A DNA stretch of 64,000 bases. Origin: Marsupella aquatica. Lineage: Eukaryota > Plantae > Marchantiophyta. The DNA is taken from contig OZ316892.1 of the NCBI GenBank assembly GCA_973895155.1, positions 6,989,251 to 7,053,250 on the forward strand. Direction: 5' to 3'. Below the pieces are notes generated by a model. That model was given only the letters and a program-made list of their open reading frames with translations. It was not told the origin of the DNA and did no database searches. The translations under genes were made by a program, and so were the position numbers. Positions within the stretch are counted from its first letter, which is position 1. Every line of letters starts with the position of its first letter. Below, in pieces: positions 51,977 to 64,000 of the stretch.

Positions 51977-54900
51977 ATTAGAATCTGTCTTCAGAAACAC
52001 ATAAGATCGTGAAAAGAAAATGAAGTGAAACATTGACACACTTACTTGGCTTTCCCGATATTTGGGACCCATCTTTGGATGTGTTTTTCATTGCACCTTT
52101 CCTTGGCTTTTGAGACCGACTCCTATCCACTATTGCAGCTACACCAAGACAAGCCTTTTCCATAGCCTCGAAACCACCAACTTCAGCGTCAGTGGGTGCC
52201 AATTTGGACTCCGAGATGTAAGACTCCGGAAGGAATCCACGATTGATCATATGAAGAGCAGATTTCTCTGTAGTGTCGAAGGTGACAGACCACTTGTCCG
52301 AGTCCAAATACCATGGACAGTGAAGAATCTTCCACTCGCTCATTCTCCTCGGAGCCTCGAGGTCAAAGAGAACAAGGAGATCAAGTCTAACGAGGCTCTC
52401 TTGGAGCAGCTGACCAACCAGATGAAGGTACTATCCGTACATATGGCCGGGTTACAGCCTCCAAGGAAGAAAATACCAGTTCACCGAGAACATGTGTGGT
52501 GTACTAGGTGTGGAGGTTTTGGGCATACCCCAAGCGAGTGTCAAGGAGCTCCAGCTCGAGTTCACTATGTGGGAGAGAAGCAAGCTGAGCTTCCTGCTCA
52601 AGAGAACTACTACTATGAGGAGGTCGCTGAAAATGTGTACCAGCTGACTCCAACTCAACCATATGTGGGGTGACCTGCTATGACCTACTTGCCAGCAGCA
52701 CATGGACCTCAACCAAGAGGTGGAGCAGGTCCGTCACAAGGAGGATATGGTAGGGGAGCTGGGCCAACTTGTTGGAATTGTGGCAAACCAGACCACTATT
52801 CTCCAGACTGTCCTGAGCCAAAGAAGCAAGGTAACGGAGCACCTGAGTGGGCACCCAGACCACCTACTCTATTGACCAGACAGCCTGAATAGGCTCGACT
52901 AGCAGCCCAACAACCAGTGCAGACTCCTCCGGTAGTGCCTAAGGCACTAGGGGATGCAGCTATCCACTTGTTGGAAACTGAATGGGCAAGTTCCGGAGAA
53001 GAGAGGGGAGAAACATGGCAGGCACTACGTAGGGGAACTTGCTGAGGAGGAAAGCCGAGTGCTACAAAGTGTCTACCCAAGCTTCAAAGCACCATAAGCG
53101 AAAGGAGAGGCAGCAAGCCAAGAAGTCAAACAAGGAAAGGAGAGCCACACTAACATCAGACTCACATGAGAGTGCTGCTGAACAAGGTGATCAAGCACCA
53201 CCACTGGAGGATAGTGACTAACGGAGAGACCATCCTAAGCTATTCTACCCGAAAGTCAATGAGGAGGTTAAGAGACAACTCGAGGAGTTGGAGGCAATGG
53301 AACAGATAGTCAGCTTGCAGAAGGACATCAAGCAAGCTAAGGAGAACACAACTCTCGAGCAGGCAGCCAATGGAGCTACAGCTAAAGCAGCTGAGGTCAA
53401 AAAATCAGAGGTCAGTCAACCGCCGTATGATATCAAGACTGATATCAGGAACTGCGTTGTTACTGCTACTATAGGCCAACTACTGAAAGATAACCCGCTC
53501 TACCAAAGGCAGCTCAAGGAGATGTTCTTAGGAAAAAGAAGGAAGAGGCTACCAAAAGTAGGCACTGTTGCTGATGTGAGGATGATAATGGAGGACTTGG
53601 GAGCACCAGAGATCACCATTCAGATATCAGGATGTGCACTTTCATTTGTGCTGGTGGATGGAGGATCTGGAGTCAACATCATGATAGAAGCCACAGCTCA
53701 CCAACTCGGTTTTAACACCTTCAAGCAAACTGATCGAGCCATGAGGTTAGCTAATGGATCAAGAGTGCTACCAGTGGGAGCGTTGACTCAGATTCCCACC
53801 ATCATTCAAGGGGAGACCTTCTTGATGAATTTTCTCATTATGCGACCTGCAAGACCAAGTACTTATCCAGTCCTGATTGGCCAACCTTGGTTGTATGGAG
53901 CCCAAGTCATCTTGGACTGGGGAAAGAAGGAATTCCACGTAGGCAAGAAATCATTGTGTATTCCATGGGGGAAGGAGGAGCATCTTGGTGAGACCACAGA
54001 AGAGCAAGAGGAGTACGATTCAGACATCAGCAGTGCTGAGGAGGAGGTCTACATGATCAACTTGATCAACACTCTCGTAGAGGCTGACGTGTTTGGACCA
54101 GAGGTGCCGCCCACTTGCTTGGTGCAGTAGGAACCAGTCAGCGAAGTGCTAAACCATAACCACGAGCCTGTCACAATCGGACAGCAGGAGCAGAAGGTAC
54201 CTGAGAACCAATCGCCTGAGATGGATCCGCTGCCCAGCAAGGAAGGACCAGAGAAGCAGATGTTAAGCAAGGAGCGTTCGCCCAAGAATAGTGATCAAGA
54301 GCTGGAGCCACCAGTGGAGATCCAGTAGGTCATCGATCCTCAATGGCATGGAGGTTTGAGACTTGCCCAGTTGGAAGAGACTCTTGATCCGACCCTCAGG
54401 AATCGCGTGGAGGTGGTCAAGAAGGAACATTTCATGAAAGTTCAATTGGAAAATTCCAAGGACTTCTACATTGGTAATGCCTTTGAACCAGATCAAGAGA
54501 AGGAAATCCAAGAACTCTTGAGTCAGTATACTGATTATTCGCTTGGAAACATACTGATATCACGGGCATAGATAAGAAGCTGGGAGAGTTACGCATTGAT
54601 CTTCAACCCAAGGCTCAACCCACTCGTCAACGACAGTATCGGTTGAATCCCAAGTACTCATTGCTGGTGAAGGAGGAGATAGATAAACTGTTAGAGGCAG
54701 GATTCGTCTATCCAGTGGCTACCAATGATTGGGTGTCTCCTATTGTGATAGTGCCCAAGAAAACTGGATTGGATGGACAGACTAAGATTCAAGTTTGTCA
54801 GGATTTCAGAAAGTTGAATGAAGCGACTCGGAATGATTACTTTCCAATCCCCTTCACTGACATGGTGTTGGATATTGTGGCTGGCTGGGAAATTTATACT

Positions 54901-57218
54901 TTCCTGGATGGCTATTCTGACTACAATCAGATCTGGATTCGATGAAGGATCAGTTGAAGACTGCATTCATCACGGAGTGGGGCGTCTTTGCTTTCAAGCG
55001 GATGCCGTTTGGACTATGTAATGCCCCAGGGACATTCTAGAGAATTATCATGACCATCTTTCATGATTTTCTCAGGAAGTTCCTAGAGGTATTTATTGAT
55101 GACTTTGCCGTCTATGGGAAGAAGCAGGACCATGTGGAGAATTTACGACTCACTTTTCAGAGATGCAGAGAAGTCGGAATCAAGCTGCATCCAGGACAGT
55201 GCATCTTTGGAGTACAGGAAGGTACGCTGCTTGGTCACAGAGTTTCAAAAAGGAACATTGAAGTAGATCCCGAGAAGGTGAGTGTTTGGCAAGCAGTGAA
55301 GTTTCCAACTAACACCACGGAAGTGAAAGGTTTCCTTGGATGCCTTAACTACTACCGCAGATTCATCAAGGACTTTGCACAGATTGCACTACCGATCACT
55401 TCAATGTTGAAAGCAGGAGCTGATTTTGAGCCAACCACAGAGAGGCTTGACAGTTTTACTCTGCTAAAGAAGAAGTTGTTGGAAACCCCAGTATTGAAGG
55501 CACCTAATTGGAGCAAGGAGTTTCATGTATTTGTTGATGTATCAGGATTCTGTATTGGAGTTGTATTGAGTCAACTAGATGAGCAAGCAAGAGATCATCC
55601 AATTTATTTTGCTAGTAGACTACTCATGGCAGTAGAGAAGAATTACTCAGCTACTGATAGAGAAGCTTTAGGAATTATCTATGCATGTAAGAAGTTCAAA
55701 CACTATCTGCTGGGATACAAAGTAATTTTCCATAGAGACCATAATGCATTGAAGTACATGGTAAACAAGCCTGATTTGACTAGTAGAATAGCTAGGTGGG
55801 TCTTGTTGCTGCAGGAATTTAACTATGAAGTCCGAGTGAGACCAGGAAAGAAGCATGGGAACGCTGACTTCTTCTCTCGCATTGATGGACAGCCTGTAGA
55901 GGAACCACTAACTGACCAGTTCCCTAATGAAGCTTTACTGTACCAAATTTCAGTTTCGGAGAGAACCTGGTATACTGATATTTTCAGGTACCTAACGGCT
56001 GGCAGAGTGACGGAGACCTTGAATGCAGAAGAAGCTGCTGTTTTTTTGAGGAAGGCAGCACCATACATGCTACTCAACAACATCCTTCATAAGTAGGGAG
56101 CTGATAGTACAATCCGTCGATGCTTGGAGGAGAACCAGATTCATGTGGTGATGAGAGCACTACATGAGGAAGAAGCAGGTGGACACTATGCTGCCGTGGT
56201 AACGTCAAGAAAGATTTTAGATGCAGGCTATTGGTGGCCGACATTGCACCGAGATGTGGCTCTTTTCATTCGAGGCTGTGATGCGTGCCAACGAGTCGGA
56301 AAGCCCAAGATGTCGCAACATCACCCTTTGAATCCAATCTTGCCACTAGCACCATTTGAAAAGTGGGGAATTGATTTCATGGGACCCATCACACCTGTGA
56401 CCCGGAGGAGAAGATGCAGGTACATCATCCTGGCCACTGACTATGCTACTAGATGGGTCGAGGCTCTACCGACTGTGAAGAATGATGCCGCGACTACAAC
56501 AAAATTTTTGTATGAACAGATCTTTACTCGATTTGGACCACCACTGGAACTGGTCAGTGACCGAGGAACTCATTTTCTGAATGAGGTAATTGAGGAGATG
56601 ACTGCCAATTATTTAGTGAAGCACCGGAAGACTACACCGTATCATCCTAAGGCCAACGGCCTGACTGAGTGAGCGAATGGTATCATTGGAAGGATCCTTA
56701 ACACCACTGTAGCCAATCACAAGAGTGATTGGGACTACAAGCTGTATTCTGTTGTGTATTTGTACAACCTTGCCTTCAAGACTACAATAGGCAAGACCCC
56801 ATATTATCTTGTTTTTGGCCAGAATGTAGTTGTATTAGTGGAGTTTGCAATACCAACACGGAGAACTCTGTCTAGGGACAGAATGCCAGAAGGGAGCAGC
56901 CAGCACGAGCGAGCCTATCAATTGGAGCTACTGGAAGAGACCCGAGAAGAAGTAGCAGAGACACTGGCGAAGCAATAGGACCGCAACAAGAAGTACCATG
57001 ATAAGAAGGTGAGGCCTGTGAACATTATCAATAGTGACCTAGTGCTACTGTATGACAGCAGAGTAAAGCATTTTCCAGGGAAACTCCATACTCGCTGGTT
57101 GGGACCATATGTGGTCAAGCAGATTTTTGACAACGGTTCCGTGGAAGTCGCCACTATTACTGGGGACGTGTACCTGATCCGAGTACACTATGATCGACTA
57201 AAGAAGTATTTCGAGTAG
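51977..57218 (+). pseudogene. Ty3/Gypsy gag-pol of element C, 5'-truncated, with many stops
   Basis: Two Zn knuckles (CTRCGGFGHTPSEC, CWNCGKPDHYSPDC), protease LVDGGSGVN, RT (WVSPIVIVPKK, CQDFRKLN, FIDDF), RNase H (VDVSG, REALGIIY) and integrase (WGIDFMGP, SDRGTHF, RWLGPY). Confidence 0.95.
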
Positions 57219-57265
57219 GGAGACTGAGTGTTTGCGCGGACGCTGCACACTTGAGAGGGGAGCTA

Positions 57266-60200
57266 TGTTGGATGCCAAATTAGGTAGTAGTTTTAACTAA
57301 AGTTAAAAATAGACTAATTATAGTTAGAAGTAACCCCAGTTAGAAGTAGACGTAAGGTTAAAGTAAGTAAACTGATGCACAATGGATCAAGGAGATTAAG
57401 TAGGGATAGTTAGGAAGGTCTTAGTTAAAGTCTAGTTGAATTAGGATAGGTTAGGAAATCTCAAGAAGTAAAAGTAGAAAGTGACAAATGGTCTACTCTG
57501 CAGAATTATAGAAAAGTTTCCAAATAGAGTTAGACCTGGAAATCCAATAAGTAGATAGTCTTAGGTTCAAGGGACACACTAGCAAAATTTCAGACAAAAC
57601 GAAGGGCAAGGCACAATGCTGGAGATTTATGAAACTGGAGCTTTGTTATAAGTACACTTAAGACGGGATACCATAGAAGTAGGGGCGAGTTCTGAGTACA
57701 AAGCAAGTAGTGCTACAAAAGTTTGTCTAGGAGCCAGGTGTCATCATGGGAGTCCTTCTCATAAGGATACAAAATGCAGGGACAATCTACGTAGAAGCCA
57801 AGGCAGGAGCAGCAACAATCAGGCAAAAATTCAAGGGTGTAATTAAGGGAAACGAACATCCTTCTATAAGGACAATGTGAATTGACTCGGGAGAAGCGGA
57901 GGAACCACAAAAATTGCCTGAAGGTAAGGCATGAATTGAATTGAGCTACCGGGAGAAACTCTGTGGTGTTGGAAGGAACTTTTGGGATAAAAAAATCTCA
58001 TCCCCCGGGCAATCTAGTGGTGGCAAAAGATTCAATTTTGTGCCGCTGCAATTGAAGCTTGGTTGCTAATGGGGAAATTGTTGGTAATTGCCTGAAGCTT
58101 TGTATTGTTGGAGTCCGCTGCTGAAGAGAGTGGTGTTGTGCTGCCATTGAACTCGTTATGGCTGCTGCGCTATTGAGAAGTCCTGGTCCTACTTCACCAA
58201 AGCTTGATGCTGCTAAAGAAAATTTGATCCTGCTACTCGCTGCTACTTGAACTTGAAGCTGTTGTCTAGGACTAGCTGCTGCGGACTGGAAGCAACCTTA
58301 CTGCTGGCTCGAAGCTATTGGAAGATTGAATGCTGCCCTGATGCTGAGGATAGTTTAGTGCTATGAGAAGCTCGATGTTGGAGCTTCATGCTACTGATCG
58401 GTCAAAGCTCTGATAGGAGAAGCTCTAATCAAGAAATTACTGCTGAGCTCTTTGCTGCTAAGCTATGGAGAGCCGCTGTTGCAGCTAAGATTGGCTGAAA
58501 AGCTACACTACAGGATAGAGCTGACTCGTTGCAGCTTAGTGCTGCTGAAGGAAATCAAATAGAGTTGGCTAAGTAAGGTTGCTGCTGAATAAGAGAAGCT
58601 ACGTTGCTTCTATGCTGAGAATTGTGGATAGAACATACTGCTGCGAGCTTCTCAATAAGCTGCTGGAGTAGCTTCGTGCTACTGAGTAGCTATGAAGAAG
58701 TAGAGCTTGGGAGCTAGGCTGATAGAAGTCAATGTTGCGGAGGTGAGCTTGCTGATTTATGAGCTATGGAGTAGCTGCCAGGGAGAGCATGAAGCAGCAA
58801 CACTTCACCGCTGCTCGCGACTTGTGAAGGGAGGAGAAAAAAAATTGCATTTCGCGAGTAGTCTTCGCGAAAGGAGGAAAAGGGGGTGGTCTTTGCCAAA
58901 ACTTACCTGGTAGTTGGCTGTCGGCAGCTGGGCTTGAACTCGCGACCTGCTGTTTGCTAGGGACTTCATTCGGGATACCAAGGGAGCGTTCTTAGCTCTT
59001 CGTTTAAGGAGTTCGTAGCAACTCTACTTAAGCTTGTGGCAACATCGGTTCTGAGCCGTTTGAAGGACTTTGAGGCCGGGTCTAGGCCAGCAGGGGGACC
59101 AGGGAGACCAGGGGAGGGCCCAACAGGGGTGCCTCGACTTCATGGAGGCCCGGGAAACCATTTTTTATCCCAATAGGATATGCTAAGGAGTTTTCATGAA
59201 GGCTTGAAAACCACTATTTGTAATAAGTTGTCGGGCTATTATGAAGCCCAACACTTGAGGGGTGTTGGTATACGATGAGTTGTTGCTAGATAGCTCGGCC
59301 TTGCACTCGCACAGTAGCCATAGAATAACTGCTAATGCCAGCATTCTAGTTGGAACCAACTCAAGCGGTAGTTGTACTATTCGGGTAAGTTTACAACTAT
59401 GTAAAAGCTGACCTGTACTTCTGTGGTAACCCGAGTCTCAGCGACAAAACCCGAGACTCAGTGGTAAACCGAAACTCAATGACGTATTAACCCTCAGTTG
59501 TAGGCCAAACTTGGGATTGTTACCGTGAGAAATATTGTGTTCCAGTTAGTTTACAACTTGCGCGGTTAGTTGTAAAAGTTACCGAAGGGGGTACCCTGGT
59601 TACTCGTCTCGCCGAGAGGTTGCCGCTGTTCAGGTCTTGTGTGGAAACCTGAGTACTGGTTGTAGTTAAGTTAACCTGTGGTAAAATAGAGATTTAACCC
59701 GGGTTAAACTTTAGCAAGAAAGTAGTAAGTTTGCCGTAACTACTAACCTGAGTTAGCACCTTAGGCTTGGTTTGGTTTGGCGTGGGTTTGGTTTGGAGCC
59801 CTGAGGTGTGGAAATAAAGAGGAGAAGTAGGGGTCTGTCTCCTCACTTGTTTAGTTGTCCACTTTCTTAGAGGCTGGGAGCTTGGGGGCTGGGCTCTTCC
59901 TTGGAGAGCAACAACATGAGCTTGAGGCACTAGGAAGGGAGGAAAAGTGAACTAGTCCACTAGGTAGGCAGCAAGGAGAAGGTCAAGGGAGGTGTTGTGA
60001 TCTGAACTTGTTTCTATTTTCTCTAGTAAAGACTTGCTTGTAACCCTCAGTCTTGAAGCAACTGTCTAGTGAGATGTCGAACCGATGAGCATGTATGTGG
60101 ACTCAGGTGTGATTTGATACCGGAGAGGTGAAGCTTGAAGCTTGAGATGAGAGCAGGGTCAGCACTTGTCTTGTTGGGATAGCAAGTGGTAATCCTGTAG

Positions 60201-60622
60201 TCCTTTGTGAAGGAAACAGGGTACTCTCTTGGGTGACGGTTATGTAAGGAGTCTGCGGGGATAGCTTGTGGGTGTCCACTGCCCGTGTTGAGATCGGGAG
60301 TGGGGTGTTGGGAGTGTTTTCCAGTGGGAGAGCAGGGGAGTGATAACCACCCTTCAAGGTTATCTTTCCAGCGGTGGAAGTAAAATTACCCAGTTGGGTG
60401 TGTGAGTGAAGAAGAAGAGAGAGATTAAGGGAAAGTGACCTACTGTCCTGCTATTCGCCCGTCCTAGGAACCCGGACAACGATAAGAAGGGGCAATAGTG
60501 GTAGATTTAACTCTAGTGAAGAGTTAAGCCCCATTGCAAGGTGTTGACAGTTAGCAAACCGGTAATTGGTTCCTCCCCCTTATTTGTTATAGCAAGCAAC
60601 GAAGCGGGCAGGGAACCCCACA
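57266..60622 (+). repeat. 3' LTR of Gypsy element C (about 3.4 kb; right end tentative)
   Basis: TGTTGG starts right after the PPT GAGAGGGGAGCTA. The candidate end is CCCCACA at 60622, with an AATAAA at about 59813. Confidence 0.55.
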
Positions 60623-61742
60623 AAGGTGGCCGACGTTGGTAGAAGGACTCCAAACATACAGAAAAGACCCTAAAACCTCACCGGACCGACATTTTGAGTA
60701 TTGCAGGGACAGATACCGGCCAAAGTACATGCCTGAATTTACATGCTCTCTCTATTGATTCCCTAAACCAGGGGTGGTTTTTTCATTGAATCCGCGCGTT
60801 ATATTCTAGTTTTTTGCACACATGATGTTAACCGTACATAATGTGTAAGTGGGGGAAACAAAGCAAAAAGCAAAGCAAGCAACAAAAATACAGCTTTTTT
60901 TGGGGAAGAAAAAAAACTTCACCTTCAGTGGGGGAAGAAAATAAACTCCAACTTCAGGCGCGGAGGGAAAAGAACTTGAGGGAGGGCAGGGAAGGAAAAA
61001 CAATTTGAGCTTCAGGAAAGGGAAACTTAAAAATTTTAGAGGATGGGAAAACTTCAGGTTAGAGTCAAATGTTTTTTGTAGTAGTTGTAAATTAGATTTG
61101 GGAGTTTTGAACATATCTATTCTCTTCTAAATGAACGGTGAATTTGTTTCGGCTACCTTGCTCCCAAGAAAGGCAAGCGTCGGTCAAAGTGCAAAGAAGA
61201 TAAGACGGTATTTTCCTTCCTGAGTATCGATCAACAGACGCGTTATTTAAATGTGGGGCACCATTTATTCTAGTAAACAATTTCTCTCTTTACATTCAAT
61301 ATAAATGGACCCTAAACTCCCCTACCCCATTCTTGTCTGGTCTAGTTTTACTCCTCTACACCTCCCTATTGATTTCATATTCACATTATACATTTTTATT
61401 TTTATCGTCAACCCTAGATTTTCAGAACCTAGAAGTGCCGTGTGAGACGCACTTCACACAAATCAAATTTTGTTTTTCCACGGTCCCACGTGACCTGCCA
61501 ATTTTCCCTCACACTGGGCATCTAGATAAAAACACTATTAAAATGGATGGTTGTACGACATAACAAATGTGCTGTCCTACACTGGATTTGTGGCTTAAAA
61601 CTCAGGGCAACATATTGGATCCCATAGTCATTTGCTTTCCTTGCAATTTCACTTTTGCTCTTTGCATCTCCCCTTCCACCAAAAGGTAAATTTGATCATT
61701 TCCTTGCATTTTCATTTCCTTGCGTTGTCCCGTTCGCCCCAA

Positions 61743-64000
61743 AGGTACTTTTCATCATTTCCTTGCGTTGTCCCGTTCGCCCCAAAGGTACATTTCATCA
61801 TTTCCTTTCATTGTCCCTTTCGCCCCAGAGGTACGTTTCATCATTTCCTTGCGTTGTCCCGTTCGCCCCAAAGGTACATTTCATCATTTCCTTTCAATTT
61901 CCCTTTCGCCCCAGAGGTACGTTTCATCATTTCCTTGCGTTGTCCCGTTCGCCCCAAAGGTACATTTCATCATTTCCTTTCATTTTCTCCTTCGTCCCAA
62001 AGGTACATCGCACATTGTTTAATTGGCCTCCCGAAGTGCATTTCGACATTTCTCTGCAGATTCCTTTCGCTCCGAAGGTACACTTCGTCCTTTTCTTATA
62101 GTAATCCTTATAGTCCGTTCGTTCACAAGTGTATTTCTGCTGGCCACCTGACCATCTCTCATCACTCGTCTCGTCTAGAGGCTCCAATCTCGAGCTGAAT
62201 GTGTGTTCCTCTTCAAATGTAGTTGTAAGGAGCTCGAGTTGATGTGTCAAACCTCTTCGAATGTAGTTGTGAGGAGCTCAAGTTGACTGTGTGTTTCTCT
62301 TCGAATGTATATTGAGGATAGGACGGAACTCCGATCTTGAGCTGAATGTCTGTTTTTCTTCGAGTGTAGTTCAGGAAACGAAGGAGCACCAGCACCACTG
62401 CCGTTGCTGCAAGCAAGCAGACAGTCTTGAGCCCAGATGACCCGCAGCACACGATAAACCCACTCGAAGAAACAATGCAGACTTGAATACTCCACCTCCT
62501 GCAGTTCTTCTTCCTGGGTGGAATTCTGATCGATCAGCCTTTCTACCAGCTTGAAGTGCGATCGAGCTGGAGTGCAGTGGAGGATAGTTCAAGTCAATCC
62601 AAGAGAATGGGCTCGTCGAAGTCAATAGTGGCAGCGTCCACCGAATATGCGGCACGAATGGGAATGCGAGCTCTGTACACAAATGTACTCCCAGACTGGC
62701 TGATTCGGCTCGGCACCCGGCAGCTGCTCGCGTCTCGGCTGAGGGAGCTCACGCAGCCCACTGGAGAGAAGCAGCTCCAAGACCTCTTGCAATTCGCCCA
62801 ATGTCTGTGAGCATCCACTAGATTTAGATATGTGTTTGTGCAGATTTCCAAAACGTACCTTCAAGTGAACATATGAAGAATCCGTTTTTTAATGCATTCT
62901 GTTATTGGTAGCATCCCTAGATAAGTGATGTGGTCGAAAAATCTTTAAGAATACAGCTCAGGCAAATGTTCGTCGTCGAGATTGATAGTTATGGTGAGCT
63001 CTTTCCTCCACTCTGTTCCCCTGTCCTGCCATGTTCCCTTTAATCTAGTCCTTTTTCTTCCAAAGCCCACAAAAACTGTTCCGTCCAGTGGGCGAGGGTC
63101 GTCTAAGACAGTAAGTAGAATGGGAAGAGCAGAAATGTGCTTTGCAACAGGACAGAGTCTCAGCAGAGAGTTCAAAAGAAAGAGATGCTTCAACCCTTCC
63201 ACGTCCGGATTCACTGAATTGGTGTCACGGGTCGACAACATATCTTAGTGTGTGGCTGAATGAAGCGAGCTGATGTGAAGGGTCTGTCCTGTTATTTCAT
63301 TTCTGGCAGCGTTGAAGGAGATGCCCATCGCGGTGAATACGGAGGACTCCAAAGCTCAACATTACGAAGTCCCAACTGAATTCTATAAGCTCGCACTTGG
63401 AAAACATCTCAAGTACAGGTACATGTCCTGGAACAACGACCAGATAGAGCTGAAGTTTAGTCGAATGCTTTGACGGTTGATGCTGACTCGCAGATATTGG
63501 TGCGTGTTACAGAAGCTGGTAGTTGAATATGTAAATTGATAGATATTGAATTTCAAGCTTGGTGAACAGTAGTCGACACTGTTGAAAGAAGATGGTGTTT
63601 TTTTTCGTACCCGCAAGTCCAATCCCAAGCTGCATTTAATATGTTAAAATTGTCCTGCTTGGGCTTTTATAGTGGATAGGTGTGCCTGTGGACCGGATCC
63701 CTTTCCATGCACTGAAATTGTTGCGTTTTGCGATAATGCATCACAAGCAAGACTTGCGGGTACGAAAACATTGTAAGACGTGCTCACTGTGTTGACCGTT
63801 GTGTATTAAGCTGGCCATGGTTGAATATCTTTTGACTGCAGTTGTGCATATTTTCCAACTCCTTCCACTTCTCTCGACGAGGCAGAGAAGGCAATGCTAG
63901 AAATCTATTGTGAAAAAGCTCAATTGGAAGATGGCCAGTCTGTGCTAGATCTTGGCTGTGGATGGGGTTCACTTTCGCTGTACCTTGCTGCAAAGTATCC
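61743..64000. repeat. Right arm of the inverted duplication
   Basis: Reverse complement of 47717-49974. The only mismatches I noticed lie in the 41-bp array (61835, 61749). Confidence 0.97.
62607..64000 (+). CDS. Coclaurine N-methyltransferase/CFA-synthase-like gene, copy 2 (runs off the window)
   Basis: Mirror copy of the first exons: ATG at 62607, exon at about 63309-63418, exon from about 63841 with [11 protein letters not shown]. Confidence 0.88.

Noticed and set aside
61632-62198. ORFs of 100-240 aa over the 41-bp arrays (also 49519-50244)
   Set aside because: Open frames arise from the stop-poor repeat unit in several frames at once.
47717-64000. Inverted arms as TIRs of a giant DNA transposon
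   Set aside because: The arms consist of a host gene with introns, no transposase lies between them, and the outer ends and TSD are not visible.

Overview
Eukaryotic, intron-containing land-plant DNA. A flagellar-type centrin fragment and the Gypsy families present suggest a non-seed plant with flagellated sperm (inference). From left to right the window holds: (1) the 3' part of a spliced gene for a bacterial-type beta-class N4/N6 amino-DNA-methyltransferase-like protein, set among short palindromic repeats (1-2300); (2) a nest of decayed Ty3/Gypsy elements and LTRs (about 3900-19215), some of whose LTR-like segments carry protein-coding ORFs; (3) an apparently intact multi-exon plant tRNA ligase gene (minus, 22639-32610); (4) a mosaic of gene fragments just upstream of it (EMAPII/Trbp-like exon, possible alpha-mannosidase tail, and centrin exons joined to a serine-palmitoyltransferase small-subunit ORF); (5) a complete young Ty1/Copia element with a MITE in gag (36095-42977); (6) a coclaurine N-methyltransferase/CFA-synthase-like gene present as a near-identical head-to-head inverted duplication (arms 47717-49974 and 61743-64000+), with a Gypsy-filled spacer. 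All family assignments come from motif recognition by eye; no database search was run.
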